A stretch of DNA of 57,465 bases from an uncultured Gammaproteobacteria bacterium (GTDB taxonomy: Bacteria; Pseudomonadota; Gammaproteobacteria; GCA-001735895). The notes below the pieces were generated by a model, which was not told the origin of the DNA, searched no databases, and was given only the letters and a program-made list of their open reading frames with translations. The translations under genes were made by a program, and so were the position numbers. Numbering within the stretch: position 1 is the first letter of the stretch; each line of letters starts with the position of its first letter. Below, one piece after another: positions 1 through 11,590 of this stretch. Location: contig CAXMRQ010000082.1 in NCBI GenBank assembly GCA_964196115.1, forward strand, positions 1 through 57,465. Direction: 5' to 3'.

Positions 1-567
1 ATCATATTTTTCACGGATGATTTCTATGATACCGGCTTCGTGTTTGTCTAAAGGGCCGTATGAAACGTGGCCGCCTTCGCCTTGCAGTGGCGCCCAATGC
101 TTACCTACCTGAATCACGCCCGAAACACCGAGGCCGGTACCTGGTCCGAGTACTGCCATAATTTGGCCCTGGGGCGATTGCTCACCACCGACCTGTTGAT
201 AATCATCGTCTGTCAAATGTGGCAACGACAGCGCGAGCGCTGTGTAATCGTTAATGATCCGAAGCGAGGTCAGGCCCAGAGACTCTCTTGTTTTTTGAAT
301 TGAGGAGGTCCACACATGATTGGTCATGTGCAGCTGGTCACCCGTGACTGGGGTGGCTATCGAGAAAACTGCTGTTTGTGGTCGGGGGCCGGCTACCAGA
401 TTGAGATAAGCTTCTGCGGCATCTGCCAGCGTAGAGAACTCGGCGCAGGGCAGCGTTTTCGGATCGTAAGGTAGCGCTTCGGGGCTATCAACAAGTGCAA
501 AACGAGCGTTAGTACCGCCGATATCTGCAATTAGACTTGGAGTATCTGTTTTCAAGTTGATCCGCAT
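1..567 (-). CDS. glk: Glucokinase, 5' part (runs off window edge; missing from ORF track)
   Basis: Manual translation from ATG at 567: MRINLKTDTPSLIADIGGTNARFALV...IINDYTALALSLP...GPGTGLGV...EGGH, the Glk signature motifs. Confidence 0.93.
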   Translation of the reverse strand, partial: MRINLKTDTPSLIADIGGTNARFALVDSPEALPYDPKTLPCAEFSTLADAAEAYLNLVAGPRPQTAVFSIATPVTGDQLHMTNHVWTSSIQKTRESLGLTSLRIINDYTALALSLPHLTDDDYQQVGGEQSPQGQIMAVLGPGTGLGVSGVIQVGKHWAPLQGEGGHVSYGPLDKHEAGIIEIIREKYD

Positions 568-596
568 GGTCGAAGTCAATATGCAGCGAACTATAT

Positions 597-617
597 ATAA
601 TTCACTTTGTGAAGTAA
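597..617. promoter_or_regulatory. Candidate ROK (NagC/Mlc-type) operator upstream of glk
   Basis: ATAATTCACTTTGTGAAGTAA: TT-N9-AA dyad in AT-rich flanks, 30 bp upstream of the glk ATG, adjacent to a ROK regulator gene. Confidence 0.5.
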
Positions 618-769
618 AGATAATATTAAAATTATTTTCTCGAGGCCAAAAATTCATCTGAGAATTTGGGTGGCTAGAACCGCAATAAAAGACGCCGGTA
701 CCTGCCGATCATCACCATCATGCGATGACCGGGGAAATTTTTTAACAAGTTTTATTTCGTAGTGGAAGT

Positions 770-1948
770 TTAGCGAGGAGATTCTAATTCAACCCGATCG
801 ATGGCCAGATCCAGTGCGGCGAGCGCGGCCCCACGAACTGCTGCACCATTACCTTTAGCCGGTGCCGATATCGCAACCTGGAGAGGTTGTTTAGTAATTA
901 ATTTAATGATTCGGGAATGGAGTCGGGAAAATAATAATTCCGATGGGAAATCAATAATCACTTCATCCAGCCCCAGAACGGAACTAATCACTAGCACCAA
1001 CTCGCATAAAATAATCGCATAGTCGTCTAACACGGCTGAGGTGCGTTGATTATTATCAATATCAGCCTGCGCAATGCCATCCAGGTCATCAGGTGCTAAG
1101 CCCAGTCGATTTGTTTCCTCAACAAAAGCGCCATCGGTGCTTAACATGCCTTCGAAAGATTTGGGTGATTTGTAGCCATTACGACCAATACACAGATGTC
1201 CGACCTCTCCTGCCCATCCATTTCCCGGCCATAAACTACCGCGTAAGCCAATCCCGGCTCCTACGCCCAGGCCAATGTACAGGTATGAAAAATTTAATTG
1301 CTTTAGTCGGGGCTGCAAGTGCAATTCTGACAATACCGCAAGGTTTACATCATTGAGCAAAGAGATAGAGTAGTTAACCTGATGCGCAACTGCGGGGGCA
1401 AAACTACGGCCTTCGATGGCTCTTAGGGAAGGTGCGATTAGTACTTCATTTTGATTTGTAACACCCGGTATTGCGATAGTGGCTGCGTAAATTTTGCCCT
1501 TGTCTGGCACAGATTGCTCGACGCTGGACAGTGCCGCAAGAACAGCGTCAATCACACTGTCGGTATTGTGATAGTCATTAAAAACCTGGGCCGGGAGTCG
1601 TTCGATATGGCCCGCATAATTGATCCAGGCCATTTGAATGCGGCACTGATGACCTACAGGGTGAAGGCGCAAGCCAATGGCGTAGGCTGCATCCGAGTTT
1701 AGTTCCAGTGGGGATTTTGGCCTGCCACGTGGCGCATATTCACTCACGACTCCAGGTGCTGCAGATCGCAGGAAGCCTCCCTCAACCAGTTCATTCGTGA
1801 CCGAAGACACAGCAGCCGCCGACAATTCCAGGGCAGGAATCAATCCGGAACGCGATGTCGGCCCATTTTTGCGAATATAGTCCAGTACGGCTCTACGGTT
1901 TAGTGCGCGAATACGGGCAGGGCCTGCGGCAATAATTTTATTCGCCAT
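770..1948 (-). CDS. ROK family transcriptional regulator (HTH + ROK sugar-binding domain)
   Basis: N-terminal NRRAVLDYIRKNGPTSRSGL HTH, RGRP motif, NDVN, GLGVGAGI and GEVGH ROK motifs; ATG at 1948 preferred over TTG at 1960. Confidence 0.9.
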   Translation of the reverse strand: MANKIIAAGPARIRALNRRAVLDYIRKNGPTSRSGLIPALELSAAAVSSVTNELVEGGFLRSAAPGVVSEYAPRGRPKSPLELNSDAAYAIGLRLHPVGHQCRIQMAWINYAGHIERLPAQVFNDYHNTDSVIDAVLAALSSVEQSVPDKGKIYAATIAIPGVTNQNEVLIAPSLRAIEGRSFAPAVAHQVNYSISLLNDVNLAVLSELHLQPRLKQLNFSYLYIGLGVGAGIGLRGSLWPGNGWAGEVGHLCIGRNGYKSPKSFEGMLSTDGAFVEETNRLGLAPDDLDGIAQADIDNNQRTSAVLDDYAIILCELVLVISSVLGLDEVIIDFPSELLFSRLHSRIIKLITKQPLQVAISAPAKGNGAAVRGAALAALDLAIDRVELESPR

Positions 1949-2206
1949 AAGTACTGACAAGCGAAGGATTTACCAATAGGGTCTGGCGGCGAATAAATTT
2001 AACCCGCAACATAGTAAAGGTATCGATAGTGGGGGCACAGGATAGGTGTCGCTGTACGCCATGAAAGATAAAAAACATCGTTAGTTTAGCCAGATCTCTA
2101 CGTCCAATACAGATAATGGTGATACTGAAGTATGAATGTAATTCTATTGCATTTATATTTATTTTTCAAAGTAAATAATATATTATCCAAATCCATTGTG
2201 CCAGTA

Positions 2207-2345
2207 ACGTGGAGCTTAACCACGATGCACCCAGGTGAGGGATGAAGCAGCGACTGAATAAACCGGTCATTCCGGCTTCCGAGCCGGAATGACCGCCAGG
2301 GACGGTGGAAATGCGACTGGGGCTGTGGGAACAGCCCTAGCCCTT
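2207..2345 (+). ncRNA. Candidate GGA-rich small RNA or structured leader (CsrB/Rsm-like)
   Basis: Six GGA motifs in ~130 nt, including hairpin CTGGGGCTGT-GGGA-ACAGCCCTAG (2317-2340) and ACCG-CCAGGGA-CGGT; AT-rich promoter-like region just upstream. Confidence 0.35.
2264..2295. repeat. REP-like perfect hairpin (GTC-tagged REP type)
   Basis: CGGTCATTCCGGCT-TCCG-AGCCGGAATGACCG, 14-bp perfect stem; reverse complement matches the unit at 49869-49893 with one mismatch. Confidence 0.75.
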
Positions 2346-2555
2346 TGAACAGTGGTTACTGTATATTCTGAAGTCTCGTTTAAGTGAATACCGGCGGTCC
2401 GACGCTTCGGTCGAATCCGGTATGACAAAGTCAGAATTTGAATGATCAAGCCACAAATTTTTTCAAAAAGTATCGGCAATCACTTACCTGCTATTTGATA
2501 TAAATCCGAACTGTTCAGCCTTCTCAATCGATAATCTTTCATACAAAACCATAAA

Positions 2556-3740
2556 ATGAATCAAAAACCAGATTTCGCCAGCCAGGTATTTCTTAAACAA
2601 CATATCCGCGACACCCTCGCCTTTTACCAACCCCGGGTTTATGACAAAAACGGTGGATTTTTTCAGCACTTTCGTGACGACGGTACTGTCTACGATCCGT
2701 CAACGCGCCATCTGGTAAGCAGTACACGTTTCGTTTTCAATTACGCGATGGCCGCGCGGTATTTTGATAATAACGATTATAAAAACTGGGCGCGCCATGG
2801 CTTGAATTATCTACAGCAATACCATTATCAGCAAGAATCCGGCGGCTATGCCTGGTTACGTGATCAGGAAACAATCCTCGACGCGACCAATCACTGCTAC
2901 GGCCTTGCTTTTGTCATTGTCGCAGGCGCGACCGCACTGCTGGCCGGTATCGAAGAAGGGCGAGCGACATTAGAAAATGCCTGGAAATTAATGGAATCAT
3001 ACTTCTGGGATGCCAAATTCGGGCTATATGCCGACGAAGCCAACACGGATTTCAGCGTGGTTGACCCTTACCGAGGTCAAAACGCCAATATGCACGCCTG
3101 CGAGGCGATGTTATGGGCCTTCGAAGCGACACAGGAATCGCGCTACCTCAAGCGCGCAGCCATCCTGGCAGACAATATTACTCGTAGGCAGGCGGCTAAG
3201 GCGGATGGGCTAATCTGGGAACACTATGATACTAACTGGGAAATCGACTGGGACTACAATAAAGGCGATCCTAAACATTTATTCCGCCCCTGGGGATTCC
3301 AGCCCGGTCATCAAACCGAGTGGGCCAAGTTACTGCTGATTTTACATCGACACCAGCCAGCCGACTGGTATTTACCGCGGGCCAGAGAATTATTCGATAC
3401 AGCAATGGAGAAATCCTGGGACGATGATTACGGTGGCATTAGTTACGGTTTCGCCCCGGATAGCAGCGTGTGTGATGATGACAAATATTTCTGGGTACAG
3501 GCGGAAAGTTTCGCTGCCGCCGCGTTACTCGCACAGGCCACAGGTGAGCAGGTTTACCATGACTGGTATCAGCGAATCTGGCAATACAGCTGGCAACACA
3601 TGGTCGATCATCAATATGGTGCCTGGTATCGAATTCTGACGCGTGATAATCGCAAGTATGATGACAAAAAATCGCCCGCCGGAAAGACTGATTACCACAC
3701 CATGGGTGCCTGCTACGAGGTCCTGCGTTCAAAGAAATAA
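2556..3740 (+). CDS. AGE family epimerase/isomerase, probably D-mannose isomerase
   Basis: RHLVSSTRFVFNYA, YRGQNANMH, QPGHQTEW and GKTDYHTMGAC motifs of the YihS/mannose isomerase branch. Confidence 0.85.
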   Translation: MNQKPDFASQVFLKQHIRDTLAFYQPRVYDKNGGFFQHFRDDGTVYDPSTRHLVSSTRFVFNYAMAARYFDNNDYKNWARHGLNYLQQYHYQQESGGYAWLRDQETILDATNHCYGLAFVIVAGATALLAGIEEGRATLENAWKLMESYFWDAKFGLYADEANTDFSVVDPYRGQNANMHACEAMLWAFEATQESRYLKRAAILADNITRRQAAKADGLIWEHYDTNWEIDWDYNKGDPKHLFRPWGFQPGHQTEWAKLLLILHRHQPADWYLPRARELFDTAMEKSWDDDYGGISYGFAPDSSVCDDDKYFWVQAESFAAAALLAQATGEQVYHDWYQRIWQYSWQHMVDHQYGAWYRILTRDNRKYDDKKSPAGKTDYHTMGACYEVLRSKK

Positions 3741-3960
3741 ATTATCGAGTGTTTCGTTGTTCGCCCAGGCCTTAAGCTTCTATGGGCGAACCCCACAATT
3801 CGAACGGCACGGGATAAAATTTTATGAAAGACATCTCAGGAATCTCTAACATATACCTCCGTGAGTCTGTAGAGGAGGATAAGTGAATAAAGGGGGGTGT
3901 TAGGAATGGACCGATCATTCCCGCCACATTTACCAGATCCTCGCGAGGCCGTCTTACGCC

Positions 3961-4638
3961 TCAATGCATGGTAGTTCTAACTTCTATTTTTTCCTCACCA
4001 TCAGGAACAGCGCTACCCGCTTCCGCCCGGGCTTCTTCGATGTCGGTGTTTTCGGGGGCTTCTTCGAGTGCATCGACATTAAGGACTGGTTCCCTGGCGT
4101 CGGCCAAGTCGCCGGGATTGCCTGATGACCTCGAAGCATCGGTTTTAGCGGTGTCAAACTCCGAACTTACAGAGGCTGGTTCACCGGCATTAGCCTCGGT
4201 GAATGGCTCGGCATGCTCGTCTACCGTTTCCACAGGCGTTGCCTGCGTCACCCCCTGTTCGACAAACGAATCATCATCAACCTTATTCGTGACATTTGTT
4301 TCATCGTCTAGAGTTATCGATACCATGCCCTGATGTTGTTCCAGAAGACTGGTAAAAGTCTTGCTATCACCCAGGGATTGCGCGCCCTCCGCCAGATGCT
4401 GATAAACCTTGACATAGTTTTGCGTCAAATTGTTCACTAGTTCCGAGGTTTTGTTGAAGTGTTGATTGACATTGGACTTGTAACTGTCCAGTTCCTCCCG
4501 GGTCACCTCCAGTTCAGTTTTGACTTTAGCGGCCTGTTTTACCGATGGTGCGAGCAGCCGATAAGCCAGTGCGCCGATCATTGCACCGGCGACCAGTGAG
4601 ATAATGCCAATTTGCCAAACCGAGTATACGTGTTCCAT
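3961..4638 (-). CDS. YhcB/ZapG (DUF1043) family membrane protein with long acidic tail
   Basis: N-terminal TM, coiled coil, V-x-QHF-x-KTSELVNNLTQNYVKVYQHLAEGA motif. Confidence 0.8.
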   Translation of the reverse strand: MEHVYSVWQIGIISLVAGAMIGALAYRLLAPSVKQAAKVKTELEVTREELDSYKSNVNQHFNKTSELVNNLTQNYVKVYQHLAEGAQSLGDSKTFTSLLEQHQGMVSITLDDETNVTNKVDDDSFVEQGVTQATPVETVDEHAEPFTEANAGEPASVSSEFDTAKTDASRSSGNPGDLADAREPVLNVDALEEAPENTDIEEARAEAGSAVPDGEEKIEVRTTMH

Positions 4639-4920
4639 AGCGCCTCTTCGTTATCGATGGTTCGAATATGGTAGTCGATTATAAGTTAACCGCTGCTGCA
4701 ATCATATAAATGTAGACCGCAAAATCAGGCGCCAGTTACCTAAACTCATGCGGCTCGGAAACAGATTTATCGTTATCTTGATTCTTGCGTTCCGACAGTG
4801 AGTCTATGGACGAGGCAGATCTCGTATATCAGGGGTCAGACTCATTGATCTGCAAAAAGAAGCAGTCCACTAAAACCTGTTTAAAACCGGGCGCAGAAAA
4901 TAACTGGCTAAATCCAATTA

Positions 4921-5325
4921 TTAACCGGTTTCAGTTTTTTTAACCAGTTTAGGTATTGGTATCTCTATTTTTTGAGTCTCGTCAAAATCGGGAGTGTTTT
5001 TATCTGGGGTAGAATAGACGCCGGAAATCGTCATCAGGCCTTGAATCGTACAGGTCACTTTACCTATCATCAGGGGTTGATTTGGCGTCACATATCCTTC
5101 TTCAAAGGCAACCGGACTATCATTATCCACAATATAAGTGCCATTGGTGGAATTTAGGTCACGAAGATGGATTCTTCCATTTTTAATTTTCAGCGCGGCA
5201 TGGGGTCTGCTGACAGTGGGGGAGTTTATATAGATATGGCCTTCCATAAATATTTGACCCGTTCTGCTTATGATATAAGTCTGACCATCCGTTATTCCCC
5301 AATCCCTGCTCAAACTGCTACTCAT
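4921..5325 (-). CDS. FHA domain protein
   Basis: TVSRPHA and LRDLNSTNGTY FHA motifs; start uncertain (ATG 5325 or 5331; ORF extends to 5457). Confidence 0.8.
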   Translation of the reverse strand: MSSSLSRDWGITDGQTYIISRTGQIFMEGHIYINSPTVSRPHAALKIKNGRIHLRDLNSTNGTYIVDNDSPVAFEEGYVTPNQPLMIGKVTCTIQGLMTISGVYSTPDKNTPDFDETQKIEIPIPKLVKKTETG

Positions 5326-5467
5326 ATACATTTTCTCACGATACGTATTCTCCGAGTATAGACCTTCCAGGAGATGAATATGCAATAACTCACCCTGTTT
5401 AGCCAAAAGCCACTGGGGTCGCGTCTTGAACTGTAAATTCAAAATGCCATTGTGCATCAGACCGAGT

Positions 5468-6454
5468 TCAATCTACAGAATAAACTATACCAGCTTTGTG
5501 CCGAATCGCATCCAGCGTTTCAATGATTAACAAACTAAAAGCATGCGACATAGCTTCGCTTTGCTTTTTCCCATCAGAAATACAACGCATGACTTCTACA
5601 GCTTCATAACTATAACCACGACCCTTCTTTTTGAATTCAAAATGCTGCACTTCGTCGGTTTCCTTCAGATGCAACGACAGACTGGTCATTTCATGCCAGC
5701 GCGCATGGATATGGATAGTGCCTTTTGATCCATAGATGAAAGCCTCGGTTTTGGTATTTGATAAAATAGTTGAATCCAGTATGGCTATTTTATCTCCGGG
5801 GAACTTCATCAGCATGCCGCAAATATTATCTACCTTAGTCGGTCCCAGGATAGCCCTGGCATCAATTTGCTCAGGTTTACCGAAAAGCAGTAAAGCCAAA
5901 AACACCGGATAAATACCGATGTCTAATAATGACCCGCCACCGAGGGCGGGATTGAACAAACGACCTTCGGGCTTAAATTCAGCAGCGAATCCGAAGTCAG
6001 CTTTGACAGAATTGAGCTCGCCTATTGCGCCCGATTCAATTAATTCAAGCGCCTTATTGATCGGAGGCATAAAACGAGTCCACAGCGCTTCCATCAGGAA
6101 AGTATTGTTAGCCTTTGCGGCGGCGAGCATTTGCGACACTTCGCGAGCATTCATCGCCAATGGTTTTTCACACAATACCGGTATTTTTGCGTTGAGAACC
6201 ATGATCGCATTCTCGGCATGCAATACGTGCGGGGTGGCAATATAAACTGCATCTAAACCCGCTACTCGCAGTAGCGCTTCATAAGAATCCAGCGCATGCT
6301 CTGCGTTATAGGTTTTCGCAAAATCTCTGGCTTTGTCTAAAGACCTTGTTGCTACGGCATGAATACTCGCGCCCGGAATAGTCTGAATATCATCAGCAAA
6401 TTTGTGTGCAATACGCCCGCAACCAATAATGCCCCAGTTAAAAGTTTTCTTCAT
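5468..6454 (-). CDS. Gfo/Idh/MocA family oxidoreductase (sugar/dihydrodiol dehydrogenase-like)
   Basis: WGIIGCGRIA Rossmann, YIATPH, CEKPL, GGSLLDIGIYP. Confidence 0.9.
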   Translation of the reverse strand: MKKTFNWGIIGCGRIAHKFADDIQTIPGASIHAVATRSLDKARDFAKTYNAEHALDSYEALLRVAGLDAVYIATPHVLHAENAIMVLNAKIPVLCEKPLAMNAREVSQMLAAAKANNTFLMEALWTRFMPPINKALELIESGAIGELNSVKADFGFAAEFKPEGRLFNPALGGGSLLDIGIYPVFLALLLFGKPEQIDARAILGPTKVDNICGMLMKFPGDKIAILDSTILSNTKTEAFIYGSKGTIHIHARWHEMTSLSLHLKETDEVQHFEFKKKGRGYSYEAVEVMRCISDGKKQSEAMSHAFSLLIIETLDAIRHKAGIVYSVD

Positions 6455-6477
6455 GCGCTGTAGGTTTACAATTTAGT

Positions 6478-7170
6478 TTAGGGATTCCAATAGACATCAA
6501 CTGGCACCCGATCCTGATGCAGGACTACCCGTATCGGTAGTTCATCAACAGGCCCGGCCGTTAATGCATCTTGATAGATTCGCCATTTTTTCGCGCCTGC
6601 AATATGTAGCAGGATACGCCGACTATCGAGTATCGCGTTAGCCGTTAAAGTCATCCGATCATGGGGTGCAGTGAGCGGAAAAATGGGCAGGCAGAATTCT
6701 GTCGCATTGTTATCCAGAGCAGATCCCGCAACACCAGGAAACAGCGAGGCGGTGTGACCGTCCTCACCCATGCCAAGAATCATAATATCAAAGGGACGCG
6801 GCATGTTTTCCATAGCTTTGTTACAAACCTTTTGACCCTCAAGTACATCGCTTCCGGCGTTTTTAAGCGGGACAAAGTTGGCCGCGGCCGCTTCGCCCTG
6901 GAGGAGGGTTTCTCGAACCATTGCCTCGTTACTGTCTTTCGACGAGGGATCTACCCACCGCTCATCGGCCAGCGTAATAGTGATTTGCGCCCAGGGAAGT
7001 GCGCGCTGGGCGAGATTTTCCAGCAACGGACGCGGTGTGTTGCCACCGGAAAGCACCAGGCTGGCGCGACCCCGATCTGCTACTGCTTTACTGAGTTCGA
7101 CCTCGATATAGGCAGATAATCTGGCATTAAGCTTCTCTGCGGTTGGTTCGCGATATTCTGTAATACTCAT
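6478..7170 (-). CDS. pgl: 6-phosphogluconolactonase (DevB type)
   Basis: LSGGNTP, DERWV, LGMGEDGHTASLFP. Confidence 0.95.
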   Translation of the reverse strand: MSITEYREPTAEKLNARLSAYIEVELSKAVADRGRASLVLSGGNTPRPLLENLAQRALPWAQITITLADERWVDPSSKDSNEAMVRETLLQGEAAAANFVPLKNAGSDVLEGQKVCNKAMENMPRPFDIMILGMGEDGHTASLFPGVAGSALDNNATEFCLPIFPLTAPHDRMTLTANAILDSRRILLHIAGAKKWRIYQDALTAGPVDELPIRVVLHQDRVPVDVYWNP

Positions 7171-7270
7171 TCATTTTCCTTTGTTTAGTTATGATCCTGG
7201 AGGTTCATTTCGTGATTCTATCGATATCAATATTTAATGCAGAGAATACCATTTGTAAATTAACGCTGCC

Positions 7271-7504
7271 TAGGAGGCTGACCGAGAATAGGGGTCGTAG
7301 TGATATGTACAGGATGTACGGTAATAGAACACCAACAGTAGGTGCCTCCAGGCAATGCAGGAGCAATTGTCGAGGGAAAGCTGGATTTAGGCAGATTTTT
7401 TCATTTTTGGGGCAAATAGTTACTCATATTCAGCGATAAAATGGGGAAATCTGCCTAGATCCAGCTTTTCCGCAGTAGGCCTTCTATTCTCGGTCAGCCT
7501 CCTA
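7271..7504. mobile_element. MITE family 1, subfamily A, copy carrying the 70-bp GGA cassette
   Basis: 24-bp perfect inverted repeat GCCTAGGAGGCTGACCGAGAATAG (7268-7291 / 7484-7507), TA/CTAG at both ends, long internal palindrome, homologous copies at 33773 and 40717. Confidence 0.88.
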
Positions 7505-7517
7505 GGCCTTAAAGCAA

Positions 7518-7547
7518 TTCAATAGCTACCATGATTCAGTGTATAAT
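7518..7547 (+). promoter_or_regulatory. Candidate sigma70 promoter for the fructokinase-glg operon
   Basis: TATAAT at 7542-7547 with TTCAAT 18 bp upstream; ~110 bp before the first ATG. Confidence 0.4.
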
Positions 7548-7654
7548 CGCACCGCTCAGCCAAGCGGTGAACTCTTTAGAGCAGCAATGGAAAATTTGTA
7601 CCAATTCTCGCGATGCACTTCGGCAAAGATTAATAACCCAAAGAGATCAATATA

Positions 7655-8614
7655 ATGGCCGATGCAATTTGCCTTGGTGAACTGCTGATAGATTTCGTGC
7701 CGACTGTAACTGGGACGGATTTAATCTCCGCCCCGGCGTTTAAGAAAGCGGCGGGCGGTGCTCCCGGCAATGTCGCCGTCGGGCTTCAGCAGCTAGGCAT
7801 CAATACCGCCTTCATTGGCAAGGTCGGTGATGACCCGTTTGGACATTTCCTCAGCAAAACCCTGTCAGACAGCGGTATCGACGTTAGTTCAATCCGCTAT
7901 AGCGCAGAAGCGCGCACGGCCCTCGCCTTCGTTTCACTGAAGGCCGATGGTGATCGTGAATTTATGTTTTATCGTCACCCCAGCGCTGATATGTTGCTGA
8001 CCGAGGACGAAATCGATGTCGATGCAATCAAGGCGGCAAAACTGTTACATTTCGGATCAATTAGCCTGATCGGCCAACCGTCGCGTGACGCCAGCCTGTA
8101 TGCAGTAGAGACAGCTCGTAAAGCTGGTTGCCAGATTTCCTACGATCCAAACCTGCGCCTGGATCTTTGGCCGGGTGAAGCGGCCGCCCACGAGGGACTG
8201 CTGCTGGGCCTGTCACTGGCTAATATCGTTAAAATCAGCGAAGACGAGGCTGAATTTCTGAGCAGTTTTAGCGATCTCGATAAGGCCGTGAACAAGCTTT
8301 GGCACGATGACCTGCAACTTATGGTGGTGACGCGTGGAAAATATGGTTGCCGTTATTATACTGACAATTTTCGTGGCGAAGTCGATGGCTTTAAAGTCGA
8401 GGCAGTGGATACAACCGGTGCCGGTGACGGTTTTGTCGCGGGCTTATTACAGGGCCTGCTGAAACATCCCGAAACACTTAACAATCCAGAACAACTCGGA
8501 GAACTGTGCACTTTTGCCAACGCAGTCGGGGCTATAACCACCACCAGACGCGGTGCTATCCCTGCCCTACCCAGGTTCGAAGAGGTAGAGAAATTTATCA
8601 ATGCCAGCCAATAA
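7655..8614 (+). CDS. PfkB family carbohydrate kinase, probably fructokinase
   Basis: GELLIDF, GGAPGNVA, REFMFYRHPSADM, YDPNLR, DTTGAGDGF. Confidence 0.9.
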   Translation: MADAICLGELLIDFVPTVTGTDLISAPAFKKAAGGAPGNVAVGLQQLGINTAFIGKVGDDPFGHFLSKTLSDSGIDVSSIRYSAEARTALAFVSLKADGDREFMFYRHPSADMLLTEDEIDVDAIKAAKLLHFGSISLIGQPSRDASLYAVETARKAGCQISYDPNLRLDLWPGEAAAHEGLLLGLSLANIVKISEDEAEFLSSFSDLDKAVNKLWHDDLQLMVVTRGKYGCRYYTDNFRGEVDGFKVEAVDTTGAGDGFVAGLLQGLLKHPETLNNPEQLGELCTFANAVGAITTTRRGAIPALPRFEEVEKFINASQ

Positions 8615-8640
8615 TCAACTCAATATAAGCAAATAACATC

Positions 8641-11585
<2,945 letters not shown>

Positions 11586-11590
11586 AAACT

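Noticed and set aside
67-303. 78-aa plus-strand ORF
   Set aside because: Antisense shadow of glk
4831-4850. GGGGTCAGACTCATTGATC, resembling RAYT-associated repeat ends
   Set aside because: Single short copy with no partner or transposase in the window
7191-7439. 82-aa ORF; likewise ORFs at 23946-24134, 40900-41112 and 49659-50071
   Set aside because: Read through palindromic non-coding elements; no protein features
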